A DNA stretch of 64,000 nucleotides from an uncultured Acidobacteriota bacterium. GTDB taxonomy: Bacteria; Acidobacteriota; UBA6911. This document shows, piece by piece, positions 38,595-49,155 of this stretch (positions are counted from its first letter, which is position 1; every line of letters begins with the position of its first letter). Made by a program: the position numbers and the translations under genes. The stretch lies in assembly GCA_963843575.1 (NCBI GenBank), contig CAWJKZ010000017.1:160001-224000 (forward strand), read 5' to 3'. The notes beneath the pieces were generated by a model. The model searched no databases, was not told the DNA's origin, and was given only the letters and a program-made list of their open reading frames with translations.

Positions 38595-39821
38595 CTAGGG
38601 AGTTATGAAGTGGTCGTGAAGCAGCCGCACGGTCTCGACAAGGCGGGGCCGGTCGGTGAGGAGGCTGATCCTGAAGGAGGAGGTGTGCAGCCCTGCGACC
38701 GGGATGCGCAGGCTTTTGAGCAGCGACAGGGCCCGCTGCAGGTACTCGTACCGGTCGGTGATTCCGGTGCCGATCAGCGACACGGCGGAATAGCCGCGGC
38801 ACACACGCACCGAGGATGCGAATTCGCCTTGAATGCGTCCCAGCACGGACTCGAGATGGTAGTTTTCCTTCTCGGGGACGATCAGGCTGCCGCAGAGCGT
38901 CCCGCGCACACCGGGGTGAAACGACACCTGCTTGGTCTTTACGGAGTCTTGCTCAAATCGGCCCAGCAGCTTCTCCAGGGTCGACAGGTCGCCGGCCAGG
39001 CTTTCTTCGAGCTCGAGCAGGACGACTCGCTCCTCGGAAGCGACGCCGACGACCCTCGGTTTGATTCTCCCCTCGAGGTTGCGGATGATGGTGCCGGCAC
39101 CTTCGGGGGACCACGTGCACATGGCGTGAATCACCGTGTCGCGGAGCTTGGCAAACTCGACAGAGCCGGGGTGCAGCACGCGGGCCCCCGCTTCGCCCAT
39201 CTCCTGCATCTCCTGGTACGAGAGCTGGTTCAGGCGCCGCGCGTTGCTCACGACATTGGGATCGGCGGAATAGACCCCGTCGACGTCGGAGTAGATCTCG
39301 CACAGCTCCGCGCCGAGGGCCGAGGCCAGTGCGACGGCCGTCACGTCGGACCCGCCTCGCCCGAGGGTCGTGATCTCCTTGGCGAAGCTGACCCCCTGAA
39401 AGCCTCCCACGACGGCGACGTATCCCTCGTCCAGGGCCCGCAGCACCCTGAACGGGCGCATTTCGATGATGCGCGCGTTCGTGTGATTGTCGTCGGTGAT
39501 GATGCCGGCCTGCGAGCCGCTCAGCGCGACGGCCCGGCACCCCCGGGCCTCCAGCGCAATGGACAGGAGCGCGGCGCTGATCCGTTCGCCGCTGCTGAGC
39601 AGCATATCCATCTCGCGCGGTGACGGGTTCGGGCTGAGGCCCCTCGCCTCGGCGATGAATCCGTCCGTCTGTTTCGCCCGGGCGGACACGACGACGACGA
39701 GACGCAACCCGGAAGCCTTCTTCCGGAGAACAATCGACGCCACCTGCCCGATCCGATCCGCATCCGCCAGCGACGTCCCGCCAAACTTGAGCACGACGAC
39801 CGGGGAGCCCTCTTGTGCCAT
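38595..39821 (-). CDS. lysC: Aspartate kinase
   Basis: VLKFGGTS, VVVVSA, GERISA, GGFQG, TTLGRGGSD, SDVDGVYSADP; C-terminal ACT-like SAVSLIG. Confidence 0.92.
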   Translation of the reverse strand: MAQEGSPVVVLKFGGTSLADADRIGQVASIVLRKKASGLRLVVVVSARAKQTDGFIAEARGLSPNPSPREMDMLLSSGERISAALLSIALEARGCRAVALSGSQAGIITDDNHTNARIIEMRPFRVLRALDEGYVAVVGGFQGVSFAKEITTLGRGGSDVTAVALASALGAELCEIYSDVDGVYSADPNVVSNARRLNQLSYQEMQEMGEAGARVLHPGSVEFAKLRDTVIHAMCTWSPEGAGTIIRNLEGRIKPRVVGVASEERVVLLELEESLAGDLSTLEKLLGRFEQDSVKTKQVSFHPGVRGTLCGSLIVPEKENYHLESVLGRIQGEFASSVRVCRGYSAVSLIGTGITDRYEYLQRALSLLKSLRIPVAGLHTSSFRISLLTDRPRLVETVRLLHDHFITP

Positions 39822-40011
39822 GACCCCCAATGTAGGGTTCGAAGGGCCCGGGGTCAAGGGCGAAGGGAAAGGCCAGGGGACCGAGGCGGGCGCCCGCCGA
39901 TTGGCCCGACAAGAGTGCACGCCCGGGGCGATCTCGCGCACAGCCAGTGCACGCCGTCGCCGGTTTCCGGCTGTCGTCACGTGTCTAATCTTGGACGCTG
40001 ATCAACGCAGA

Positions 40012-40737
40012 TCAAAGACAAAGGCATTGGTGACAGACCACGCCCGGCATTCCGCCACGAGGGCTGCCCCTCGTCGCCGGCCAACCCACGACTGGGCCTT
40101 CTCCGCCCGCGAACGTCACACATCCCCGGCGCAGGAATGCCCGTCCGGCGCATGCGCCGCGCCGGGGCTTTCCGTAATGCCGTCTCGCCGTTTCAGTGAC
40201 CTGACGGATGAAATCGCTCTTTGCCCGCGTATATGCCACGCGGGCATCGGGGTGCGCGCTCGAAAGTCTGAGTTTCAGATCGCCATATTCCCGGGCCACG
40301 TCCGGATGTTCGACGAGGTAGTCCCTGAACAGAAGGCTGTCCCAGTGCTCGAAATGAGACTCAACCGCGTGGATGTGATGCGTTCTTTCCCCATCCTGGT
40401 CACGCTTGATAAACCAGGCATAGAATGGCAGGGCGTCATCTCCCCACGATGCCCTCCAAAAGTAGTCATACCCTTGCGCTTCGAGGATAGGTGCAATTCT
40501 CCGCCTGGTCTCATCCAGACTCGTTACCTCGACCAGGATGTCCACAATGGGCTTGGCCACGAGACCAGGAACGGCAGTGCTGCCGAAGTGCTCGACTCTC
40601 TCAACCAGGTCAGCGGGCAGGCACGACAGCAAGTGAAGCCGCTCCTGTTCAAACATATCTGCCCAGCGAGGATCGTATGGCACAAGGACCACTTTTTCTT
40701 TCACGACGCGGGCTATCTTCTCTTCGAGCGTCTCCAT
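40012..40737 (-). CDS. GrpB/dephospho-CoA kinase C-terminal-like nucleotidyltransferase
   Basis: YDPRW..FEQE, EHFGSTAVPGL.AKPIVDI, HIH, FRDYL, YT.AKS.FI. Confidence 0.88.
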   Translation of the reverse strand: METLEEKIARVVKEKVVLVPYDPRWADMFEQERLHLLSCLPADLVERVEHFGSTAVPGLVAKPIVDILVEVTSLDETRRRIAPILEAQGYDYFWRASWGDDALPFYAWFIKRDQDGERTHHIHAVESHFEHWDSLLFRDYLVEHPDVAREYGDLKLRLSSAHPDARVAYTRAKSDFIRQVTETARRHYGKPRRGACAGRAFLRRGCVTFAGGEGPVVGWPATRGSPRGGMPGVVCHQCLCL

Positions 40738-40784
40738 TCGTCCTGCTCTCCCGGGGAAGTGTCGGCGACTCCTGCCCCACGATT

Positions 40785-41858
40785 CTAGACCCCCGGATGA
40801 TGTTCAATCTTCCCGGCATGTTGAAATGCCGCGTAGTTGAAAATCTCCAGAAATTCCACACACCGTTGCTGCACGGCAGTGAACCAGGCGTCTCGCCGTG
40901 TGGGATTCGTGACGGCGGCGAGTTTCGGGTTGATCGGGGGATTCGTGTCGCCATAATTCTCGGCAAGGACGGCTTCTCCGAGAACGTGCGACCGTATCAG
41001 GTTGCGCAATTGCGCTTCCGTGAAAATATTGCCCAGGTTCCTGAGCACCTTGTCGGCGACGGCTTGGCCCCCGGAGACAGTCAGGGTGGTATAGATATTG
41101 ATCTTGACGAAACCATCGCTCGGTAGCGCGGATAGCCTTTCAATAGGGATGGAGGACGTTCCATGCAGGCAGAGGATGTTGCCCACGGTGGCGCTGATCT
41201 TCCTGGCTTGCTCGGGCAGGTAACGGGCCTTTTTGCCGGTGGTGCGGTGCTCGGTGCCGACATTCGGGACGAGGATATCTACGCCCGTCTCATCGAGGAA
41301 TTGCCGTGCCTGCTCGACGCTGGTTGGCGTATTCTTGTCCCCGCCCCCGGCTTCGTAGATTTCGTCCACCGCTCCTTCGACAACCACCTTGCCCTGCACT
41401 TTCTCGACGTATTGAGCGGTCAGCCGGATATTCTCTTCAAAGGGTTTATCGCTGGCATCGCACATGACGGACGCGAAGCGGTCGGCAAAGCCTTCCAGGA
41501 TATCCCCATCCAGCCAGGGATAGGCATGGTCCAGATGCGGCAAGACGCGCAATTTGCGGTAGGGGCTATCATCGCCCATGAATGTCTCCAGATCGGAGAA
41601 CATCAACCGGGTTCCCAACACCGGGTTGCCGCATGCCGCGATCAAGCGCATTTGCCCGCGTGCTGGATAGCGGCAGGTCCACGCCGGAACAATCGGCAAG
41701 TCCGCCACGCCGAGCCGGCGGCTCATCGTCAATGCCGCGGCGAGAATGGCCTCCAGCGTTTCCCGATCCTCACAGCAAAAAGCCGGTAGCGCGACATTGC
41801 GCTCCACCGCGTCTCGGTAAATGTCTTTGACGGCCTGGTATTCGGTTACTAACGGCAT
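40785..41858 (-). CDS. Class II fructose/tagatose-bisphosphate aldolase-like protein
   Basis: HLDH, MCDAS.KPFEENI, VEG, NVGTEH, LHGTS, KINIYT. Confidence 0.8.
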   Translation of the reverse strand: MPLVTEYQAVKDIYRDAVERNVALPAFCCEDRETLEAILAAALTMSRRLGVADLPIVPAWTCRYPARGQMRLIAACGNPVLGTRLMFSDLETFMGDDSPYRKLRVLPHLDHAYPWLDGDILEGFADRFASVMCDASDKPFEENIRLTAQYVEKVQGKVVVEGAVDEIYEAGGGDKNTPTSVEQARQFLDETGVDILVPNVGTEHRTTGKKARYLPEQARKISATVGNILCLHGTSSIPIERLSALPSDGFVKINIYTTLTVSGGQAVADKVLRNLGNIFTEAQLRNLIRSHVLGEAVLAENYGDTNPPINPKLAAVTNPTRRDAWFTAVQQRCVEFLEIFNYAAFQHAGKIEHHPGV

Positions 41859-41882
41859 GGATGTATCTCCGTCCCGGGCAGT

Positions 41883-42650
41883 TCAGGACATCAGCGCGCC
41901 GCCGTTGACATTGAGTGCCTGACCGGTCAGATAGCTGCCGTCCGCGCTTGCCAGGAATACGGCGACTCCGGCCACATCTTCCGGCGTACACAATCGGTGC
42001 AGCGGGATGCGGCTGACCAGGTACTCTTCCACCTGCTCGGGAGCCATATGCCGCTTTTCAGCATAGGCCGGCAACATAGCATTCCACAAAGGGGTGAAGA
42101 CGATGCCCGGGCAGATGGCGTTGACGGTAATACCGTGCGGTGCGAATTCCATCGCCAGGCTTTGCGTGAGGCCGATCAGCCCAAATTTCGACGCGCAGTA
42201 CGCCTGGTATTGGCTATTCCCCTGCTTGCCGGATTGCGAGCTGATGTTGATGATCCGCCCGCGACGGCGCGGAACCATCGATTTCAAAACCGCCTGGGAG
42301 CAGAGGAATGCTCCTGTCAGATTGATATCGAAATGCCGCTGCCAAACCGCTTCCTTCAGTTCGAGAAAAGGCACGACCTCGGACACGCCGGCGTTATTTA
42401 CCAGGATGGTGACAGGCCCGAGACGCCGCTCAACAGCCTCGACCATTTCCTCGACGGACGTTCCCGAGGAAACATCCGCAGCCACGGCGATGGCCGCCGT
42501 ACCGAGCGCTGCAGAGGTCTGCCATGCCCGCTCCTCGTCGATATCCACCACCGCAACGCGGGCGCCCTCGTGACAGAAGCGCCCGGCAATGCCCTTTCCG
42601 ATTCCTGAAGCGGCGCCGGTGATAATCGCTACCTCTGCATCCAAAACCAT
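41883..42650 (-). CDS. SDR family oxidoreductase (sorbitol/sorbitol-6-P dehydrogenase-like)
   Basis: TGAASGIG, NNAG, SSQSGK, YCASK, VNAICPG. Confidence 0.9.
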   Translation of the reverse strand: MVLDAEVAIITGAASGIGKGIAGRFCHEGARVAVVDIDEERAWQTSAALGTAAIAVAADVSSGTSVEEMVEAVERRLGPVTILVNNAGVSEVVPFLELKEAVWQRHFDINLTGAFLCSQAVLKSMVPRRRGRIINISSQSGKQGNSQYQAYCASKFGLIGLTQSLAMEFAPHGITVNAICPGIVFTPLWNAMLPAYAEKRHMAPEQVEEYLVSRIPLHRLCTPEDVAGVAVFLASADGSYLTGQALNVNGGALMS

Positions 42651-42655
42651 GCCTG

Positions 42656-43690
42656 TTACTCCGGTTTCAGTACGATCTTAAGCCCGCGGGACTCGCGCAT
42701 TAGAGACAGGCCCTCCGCAAAGCGCTCCAATGGAAGGCGGTGGGTGATGCTGGCGTCCGAAATCCACCCGGCCGTCAACATGCGCACCGCCAGTTCCACG
42801 TGATGGGGCGTGCTGTCCGATCCGCCGCTGACGGACAACTCACGGTAATGAACCAGCCGTGTATCCAGTGGAATGGTCGATTCCCCACCGGGAAGACCGG
42901 CGAAGAGATTGATCATCCCGCCTTTCCTCACCATGGCGAACGCCTGCTGCTGGACCTGAGGATTGGGCGCGCAGGCAATCGCCACATCGGCCCCCATCCC
43001 GCCGGTGAGCCGCAACACTTCGGCAACCGGATCCATCTCTAGCGGATTGATCACGGCATCGACGGGGAATCCGCGCGCCCGCGCCCGGCGTTCGGCTGAG
43101 CGCTGGACAACCAAGATGCGCGTCGCGCCTCGCGCCCGCGCCGCCTGCACGTGCAGCGCTCCCAGGGGTCCAAAACCGATGACGACCACCGTGTCCCCAA
43201 GCTGTATGCCGGCCAGCGATTGGGCGTTGATCACGCAGCTCAACGGTTCCGCAAGCGCGGCCAGGTCGCCGATTTCGTTGGGGACGCAGATCACGTTGCC
43301 TCCGTCTACCGCGCGCCGTGGGATGGCGATGTAGTTGGCAAAGGCTCCAGGATACGTCCTGCTGATGGGGGTCAGTGCGTCACAGCGATTGGTAAAGCCC
43401 CGCCGGCAATAGGGGCAGTGGCCGCAGGAGATGCTGGTGGCCATGGTCAGGCGCTGCCCGGTGTGAAAGGCGGCGACCCCCTCCCCAAGTTGGACGATGG
43501 CGCCGACGAATTCATGCCCGATGGTCTGGCCTACCGGCACGCGGGGATCCCCCTTCAGAAACATCTTCAGGTCGGTTCCGCAGATGGCGCAGGCCTCTAC
43601 CTTAACCAGCAGCCCGCCGGGCTCCGGGACTGGCATTGGGATCTCTTCGCAACGGATATCATTCTGTCCATAATAGCGGATGGCTTCCAT
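42656..43690 (-). CDS. Zn-dependent sugar-alcohol dehydrogenase (MDR family)
   Basis: CGTD, GHE, CGHCPYC..C, EPLSC, GFGPLG. Confidence 0.9.
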   Translation of the reverse strand: MEAIRYYGQNDIRCEEIPMPVPEPGGLLVKVEACAICGTDLKMFLKGDPRVPVGQTIGHEFVGAIVQLGEGVAAFHTGQRLTMATSISCGHCPYCRRGFTNRCDALTPISRTYPGAFANYIAIPRRAVDGGNVICVPNEIGDLAALAEPLSCVINAQSLAGIQLGDTVVVIGFGPLGALHVQAARARGATRILVVQRSAERRARARGFPVDAVINPLEMDPVAEVLRLTGGMGADVAIACAPNPQVQQQAFAMVRKGGMINLFAGLPGGESTIPLDTRLVHYRELSVSGGSDSTPHHVELAVRMLTAGWISDASITHRLPLERFAEGLSLMRESRGLKIVLKPE

Positions 43691-43694
43691 GGCA

Positions 43695-44510
43695 TCATTC
43701 CGGTTCCACGCTGGGGTCTTCAGCGACTGATTCCGTCACCACGAGTGTGACATCCGGGTGTTCGCGGAGGAAGCTGGCGGGAAACATGGGGGTGATGGGG
43801 CCGAAAAGGACGTTCCGCAGCACCTGCCTTTGCCAGAACCAGTCCAGGTAACAAATGATCCTCCGGCTGGCGAGAATATCCCTCATGCCGACGGTGACGG
43901 CAAAATTCGGTACCGCCTGGAGGTTGCCACCTGTGCCGAACACGGCATTGATAACCTTGGTGGTCGTCGCAATCCTAATGACCCGGGCCGGGAGCTGTTT
44001 GAATGCCTCATTACTCATCAACTCCCAGTAATCCAGCGCTTCATTGAAGGCCACGTGCCCATTGATACCGATACCGCCAAAACAGATATCGATCCCACCA
44101 GCATCCTCGATAGCGCCTGAATAGCGGGAGGTGTCCCGGGCGTTGGGAATATGCATCTGCTGAGGATTCAACCGGCACTCGGGGGAAATTTGCGAGTAGA
44201 AGTGTTGCCGCAAAAAGCGGAGGAAACTCAGCGGATGGCTCTCCGGAAGATTGCATCCGTCATCACCGACATACTCGTCCATGTTGAACACGTGCAGGTG
44301 GGACAAGTCGAGCTGCAATTCGTTACATGTCTCCGCGAATAAGCGATATTGGCCGGTAGGACCGACCGGCATCATCAGCCGCGTCGGCATGTTTAACCGA
44401 TTGTTCTCCTGGACCGCGCGCACCATCGTGCGGGCGAAATGGTCGGCCGCCGCCGCCTTGTCTTTCACGATACACAACTGAATGTTGCCATATTGCGTTT
44501 GGGATAGCAT
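43695..44510 (-). CDS. Glucosamine-6-phosphate deaminase/isomerase-like protein (NagB fold)
   Basis: PVGPTGQY, FNMDEY, HPLSF, GGIGINGHVAFNE, PASFL..HP; ATG 44510. Confidence 0.82.
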   Translation of the reverse strand: MLSQTQYGNIQLCIVKDKAAAADHFARTMVRAVQENNRLNMPTRLMMPVGPTGQYRLFAETCNELQLDLSHLHVFNMDEYVGDDGCNLPESHPLSFLRFLRQHFYSQISPECRLNPQQMHIPNARDTSRYSGAIEDAGGIDICFGGIGINGHVAFNEALDYWELMSNEAFKQLPARVIRIATTTKVINAVFGTGGNLQAVPNFAVTVGMRDILASRRIICYLDWFWQRQVLRNVLFGPITPMFPASFLREHPDVTLVVTESVAEDPSVEPE

Positions 44511-44776
44511 ACGCACTGCCCTCGGGATCGGGTGCCATTTTATCGTGTATGCGCTCGTTCTCGTTTGAAATAACCAACGCGATCCTCCGGCCTGGGGGGG
44601 ACGATGAGGATGCCACCATCTGGGAATTGGCTGCGCCAGTCTTCTATTGGGCGGACAAATCACTCATCAACTTCCGCGGGCGGCCTGCTGGCCTTCCATG
44701 AAGTAGATTCGTCTGAGATTTCTTCGAGCCTTTGAGTCGTGGCGTCCATCGACCCCGTCAAGACTTTCCCCAGGAT

Positions 44777-45946
44777 CTAGCGGTTGCGTGCTCCCTCGTC
44801 GAACAGGAACTTCATCGCCTCCTGATGGCAGAGCAATTGCGCGTCCAGAAGCAGGTCCGGGGTGAAGATGAAGGGCTTCCCATTGCGCTTGGCCGTGGAG
44901 GCCGCGTGGGACGGTGACTCGATCACCACACTCAGCGCGCCGCAGTGCAGGTTCAAAGCGGTGTCGAGGTTGTAGGGCGACGGCTTTGCGACGCGGGCAG
45001 GGTCGGATTCTATCGTCGGATCGTCCGTCGCCTGGAGCCCTTCCCGGGTGAGACGGGTATGGACACGGCGGAAGAGCAGGTCGAAGGCCGGCGTCAGGGC
45101 AGGTTCGGCAAAGGGACGGTGCATCAACGGAAAAACGGCGCCCGTATGCATGTTGAGGACGAGGTCCGGCCGTTCCAGTGCGACCAGATTGAAAAGCGCA
45201 TTGGTCTCCGGCTGGCGTCGGCCGAAGAAGTCGTCGTGCTGGATGTTTACGCCGCGGTCGTTCGGATACCCGCCGGGAAACTGCGTGCGGGAGAAATCGA
45301 GGGGGATAAACTGCTTGACGTCCGGCCAGCCGATGATTTGGCCGTTCGGCCAACCCCCGGTATTGAAATATTCCGGGATGGTCTCGTCGCCTCCCCGGTG
45401 CACGCCCATGCGGAGCGGGACCCGGGCCCGGCCGTCGACATTCAGAATGGGAATGATGATGATGCGGTCGAGGGACTTGGCCGCGCCAGCGATTTCCGGC
45501 CAGGGCTTGCCGCGGAGGTCGCTGCCTGTCTCCAAAACGGAGAGCAGGTTGACCATCCCGACAATCCCCTCGAATTCGCCGCCGTGCACGCCAGCGATTC
45601 CCAGGTAGACTCGTTTGGCGAAGTCCGGCCCGATGTAGGCCCGTGTTTTGCCGAGCCCGAGCGAGCCCGAATAGGTCGTTGTCCCCTTCGCCTGACGGCC
45701 CTTCCCATAGACCACGGCGCGAATCGCGCGCCCGCCGGCCGTGGTTCCGATGGTGGCGCACTCGCCGACCCTGACATGCGAACGCAGGTAACTATTCACT
45801 TCTTCCGGAGTGCTCACCCAGAATGAGGGGATATGCTCGGCTTCGCGCAGGTAGTCGGCAGGGATGTTCGGGAATTTGCCGGACGAACCCATGGCCATCA
45901 GGCATGAGCTGATGACGATGATCCCAAACGATGGAGCGCATCTCAT
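44777..45946 (-). CDS. M14-like zinc carboxypeptidase domain protein
   Basis: GVHGGEFEG (HxxE), PILNVDG, QPET, LNMH, IESP; signal peptide. Confidence 0.7.
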   Translation of the reverse strand: MRCAPSFGIIVISSCLMAMGSSGKFPNIPADYLREAEHIPSFWVSTPEEVNSYLRSHVRVGECATIGTTAGGRAIRAVVYGKGRQAKGTTTYSGSLGLGKTRAYIGPDFAKRVYLGIAGVHGGEFEGIVGMVNLLSVLETGSDLRGKPWPEIAGAAKSLDRIIIIPILNVDGRARVPLRMGVHRGGDETIPEYFNTGGWPNGQIIGWPDVKQFIPLDFSRTQFPGGYPNDRGVNIQHDDFFGRRQPETNALFNLVALERPDLVLNMHTGAVFPLMHRPFAEPALTPAFDLLFRRVHTRLTREGLQATDDPTIESDPARVAKPSPYNLDTALNLHCGALSVVIESPSHAASTAKRNGKPFIFTPDLLLDAQLLCHQEAMKFLFDEGARNR

Positions 45947-46349
45947 GGGGCAACCCTCCAGAATGGAGATAGGCCATTCGACTCCGAACCCCCCAAAAGG
46001 GGACCGGGAAGTGTCCAGGCGACGCTCCTCAATACCAGTTTCGCAATCGTACTTCCATCTCCTTCTCGCCGCCGGCCGCGCGCCCGGCGCCTGGTCAAGA
46101 TCCACGTGCATTCGAGCAGATCCACGTCCCGGAAACGAGTGCATATTTCCAGGCGAGAGTTCTTGACATCGGAATGCGCGGAGGAGGTCGTGTCCCCTGC
46201 CGGCTCGTCGCCGAGTGCCAGGAAGCTTGCGGGCCAATGATCGACGGGGCGGTCAGGGCAAGTTCCGGGCCACGATCCCGGTCAAACCCGACCGGACCCC
46301 ATTTTCCGGGGCCGCCGGCGCGAGCCCGGGAGCCCGTGTCCGGCCCTCC

Positions 46350-48812
46350 TCATTCCTGCCGCAACGCCGTCATCGGATCGACTCGCGTCGCGCGTTGGGC
46401 CGGGAGCAGGCACGCCGCGAGGGCCACCGCCGCGAGAACTCCCGCGACCGAGGCGATAACGGCCGGATCCAGGGGCCTGACACCGAAGAGAACGCTCTCG
46501 ACATACCGCGCAAGCCCCACGGTTCCGGCGAGCCCTATGGTCAACCCGAGCGCCAGCAGCAGCAGGCCCTCTCGCACGATCAACCGGAAAATCCCTTCTG
46601 TGCTGCTGCCGAGCGCCATGCGAATCCCGATCTCCCGTCGACGCTGCGCGACCATGTAAGCGAGAACGCCGTAAATGCCGATCCCGGCCAGAAAGAGCGC
46701 AACCAGCCCGAAGCCCAGCGCGACGAGCAAGGGCGATTTCCTCGAAATCAGGGATTCGGCGATAAGCTCTTCCATGGTGCGAACACCGAAGAGCGGTAGC
46801 TCGGCGTCTACCTCCAGCATGGCCTTGCGCAGGGCCGGAATCAGGGTAGACGGTTCTCCGGCCGTTCTTAAGGCAAAGGTCACATCATCACGCGGGCTCT
46901 GCTCCCACGGAAAGTAGTAGGCGCCGACGCGCTCGTCAGGATCCACCAGCGCACGCAGCTTAACGCTTCCCACAACCCCAATGACCGTGTACCAGCGGGC
47001 GGTTGCCGTCGGCTGGATGAGGTCTTGCGGGCTGTCCGGCCTCCACATGCGCTTGCCTACCGGGCTGCTGTTCGGCCAGAACTTCCGGGCCAGCCTCTGG
47101 TCAATGATGATCGTCTTTGGCGACGAAGGAGTGTCTGTGGAGTCGAACAAACGGCCCTCGATGAGGGGCACCCGCATGGCTTCGAAATAGCCGGGGCTGA
47201 CCACGCTCTGATTGGGGGAGATGAGGGACTCCCCCGGCTTCGCGACATAACCCTCGGCCAGGATCACGCTGTCGCTGTTGTTTTTCCCGAAAGGAATGCA
47301 GGTGGTCATGCCCGCGGACTCGACGGCCGGCAGCGCGCGGATCTTCTCCAGGGATCGCCTCGCGAACGAGAGGAGTTCAGTGTCGCTCCTGTACCTCACG
47401 GACGGAAGGGCAACCGAACCCGTCAGCACCCCGGCAGGTGTGAATCCCGGCTTGATGGCAAGTACATGGCGGAAGCTCATTAAAAGAAGGCCGGCCCCGA
47501 CGAGAAGGACCAGGGCAAAGGCAACCTGGGTGACGACCAGGGCATTGCGCAGCATCCTGGTACCGCGGCCGCTGGTGCCGGTGCGCCCTTCAGCCCGAAA
47601 CACGAGGGTCAGATCGACCCTCAGGGTATGCAGCACCGGGACAGCCGCGACGAGCATGCCAACCAACAACGCCAGCGCCAGGATGAAAACCACCACCGAC
47701 CCGTCCACCGCGATCTCGCTTCCGCGGGGAATCCGGTTGAGCCGCAGGGCGTCCACCACGCGCAATCCCCACCACCCGAGCAGCAGGCCTGCCAGCGAGC
47801 CGAATGTGGTCAGGAGGACGCTCTCCGTCAAGAGTTGACGCATCACGCGCCAACGGGCCGCTCCGAGCGCAAATCTCGTGGCCAACTCCCTGACCCGGAC
47901 GCTCGCGCGCGCCAGCGCAAGGTTCGCGATGTTCACTGCACCGATGAGAAGCACGAACAGCACCCCACCCCACAGAAGGTAGAGGGTGCCCTTGATGTCC
48001 TTCACGACCTCATCCTGAAGCCGGAAAACCTCGGTGTGAAACCCCGCGTTGATCAGTATGGGCTTGAACTGCGGAATAATATCGAGATTCGCCGTGTTGA
48101 GCGCATCGAGCTGCGCGTGGACCCGCTGTATGGTTTCGCCCGGCTTCAGGCGGCCGATCATTTCCCAGTTGTTGCTGTGGTATTCCTGCTTTTGTTCCGG
48201 CCGGAATGCCAGCGGTCGCCAGAGGCGCACCCCCGGGTCCAGGAAGAGGAAGTCTCTCGGCATGATGCCGACAATCGTGAAAGGGTTGCCATAGATGCGC
48301 AGATCCTTGCCAAGCACAAACCTGTCCCCGCCGAAAAGCTCCTGCCAGAGGGAATGGCTCAAGATGACTTTGCGCTCGTTCCCGAGTTCGCCTTCGTCTT
48401 CCGCGAAAATTCGTCCCAGCTCCGGCCTGGCGCGGAGCAGACGGAAGAATGAAGGCGTGACGTTCATTCCCTCGAGTTGTTGAACCGCACCCTTCTCGCC
48501 GACTGTCAGACCCTGATTGTTGTACAGCGCGACGTCCTCGAGCGCGGTGACGGCGCGCCGACGGTCGTAGAAGTCCGGAACCCCATTGGAGGCTCTTTTC
48601 ACTCCGACATTGGGATAGCTGTTGTAGAGGATCAGGACACGGTCGGGCTCCGCCAGCGGCAGGGGTTTCATGACAACGGCGTGGATGATGCTGAAAATGG
48701 CCGTGTTGGCCGCGATGCAGATCGCAAGGGTCGAGACGGCGGTAACCGCAAAACCACGGTCCTTCGATAGCAGCCGCATCCCGAACTTCACGTCCTGAAC
48801 AAAAGAATCCAT
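46350..48812 (-). CDS. ADOP-type duplicated ABC permease (MacB/FtsX x2), orphan
   Basis: QDVKFGMRLL, ANTAIFS, RELATRFALGA, RRREIGIRMALG, RATRVDPMTALRQE; no ATPase gene adjacent. Confidence 0.92.
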   Translation of the reverse strand: MDSFVQDVKFGMRLLSKDRGFAVTAVSTLAICIAANTAIFSIIHAVVMKPLPLAEPDRVLILYNSYPNVGVKRASNGVPDFYDRRRAVTALEDVALYNNQGLTVGEKGAVQQLEGMNVTPSFFRLLRARPELGRIFAEDEGELGNERKVILSHSLWQELFGGDRFVLGKDLRIYGNPFTIVGIMPRDFLFLDPGVRLWRPLAFRPEQKQEYHSNNWEMIGRLKPGETIQRVHAQLDALNTANLDIIPQFKPILINAGFHTEVFRLQDEVVKDIKGTLYLLWGGVLFVLLIGAVNIANLALARASVRVRELATRFALGAARWRVMRQLLTESVLLTTFGSLAGLLLGWWGLRVVDALRLNRIPRGSEIAVDGSVVVFILALALLVGMLVAAVPVLHTLRVDLTLVFRAEGRTGTSGRGTRMLRNALVVTQVAFALVLLVGAGLLLMSFRHVLAIKPGFTPAGVLTGSVALPSVRYRSDTELLSFARRSLEKIRALPAVESAGMTTCIPFGKNNSDSVILAEGYVAKPGESLISPNQSVVSPGYFEAMRVPLIEGRLFDSTDTPSSPKTIIIDQRLARKFWPNSSPVGKRMWRPDSPQDLIQPTATARWYTVIGVVGSVKLRALVDPDERVGAYYFPWEQSPRDDVTFALRTAGEPSTLIPALRKAMLEVDAELPLFGVRTMEELIAESLISRKSPLLVALGFGLVALFLAGIGIYGVLAYMVAQRRREIGIRMALGSSTEGIFRLIVREGLLLLALGLTIGLAGTVGLARYVESVLFGVRPLDPAVIASVAGVLAAVALAACLLPAQRATRVDPMTALRQE

Positions 48813-49155
48813 CGGGACCTGCCCTCCCTGAGCACTTCCGTCCGCCGGGTGGGACGGTCCATCACTGGATGCAGATATCACCGGCACCTGCGCGAACCTC
48901 TAAGGCCACTCCTCCGCCCCTGCGGCATGCTCCGGCTTGGGCAGACCTTTACCGGCAGGGTAAACGAAATCTTTGTCCGGAAGGTTCCCGGGAAACCGGC
49001 CGGGGCTTCGCCCGCAATCGGCCGGCCTTGTGCGGCATTCACTAATCTTGGCCCACCCCCTGATGCTCCCTTCGGGTCGTCAAGGCGGGACGTGTCTGGC
49101 TCGTTTCCTGCGAATCCTGTTAATACGGCTTCCTGGGTCGCCCGCCTGGACGCCG

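Noticed and set aside
39822-40160. Lysine riboswitch or leader peptide upstream of aspartate kinase
   Set aside because: No recognisable L-box consensus or Lys/Thr-rich leader; only repeat fragments and GC hairpins.
40012-40170. Cys-rich C-terminal extension on the GrpB protein as a new domain
   Set aside because: Reads like translated intergenic or repeat DNA after the normal domain end; likely stop loss or an indel.
46350-48812. Orphan permease as a novelty
   Set aside because: ATPase-less duplicated permeases are a known expanded family in Acidobacteriota.
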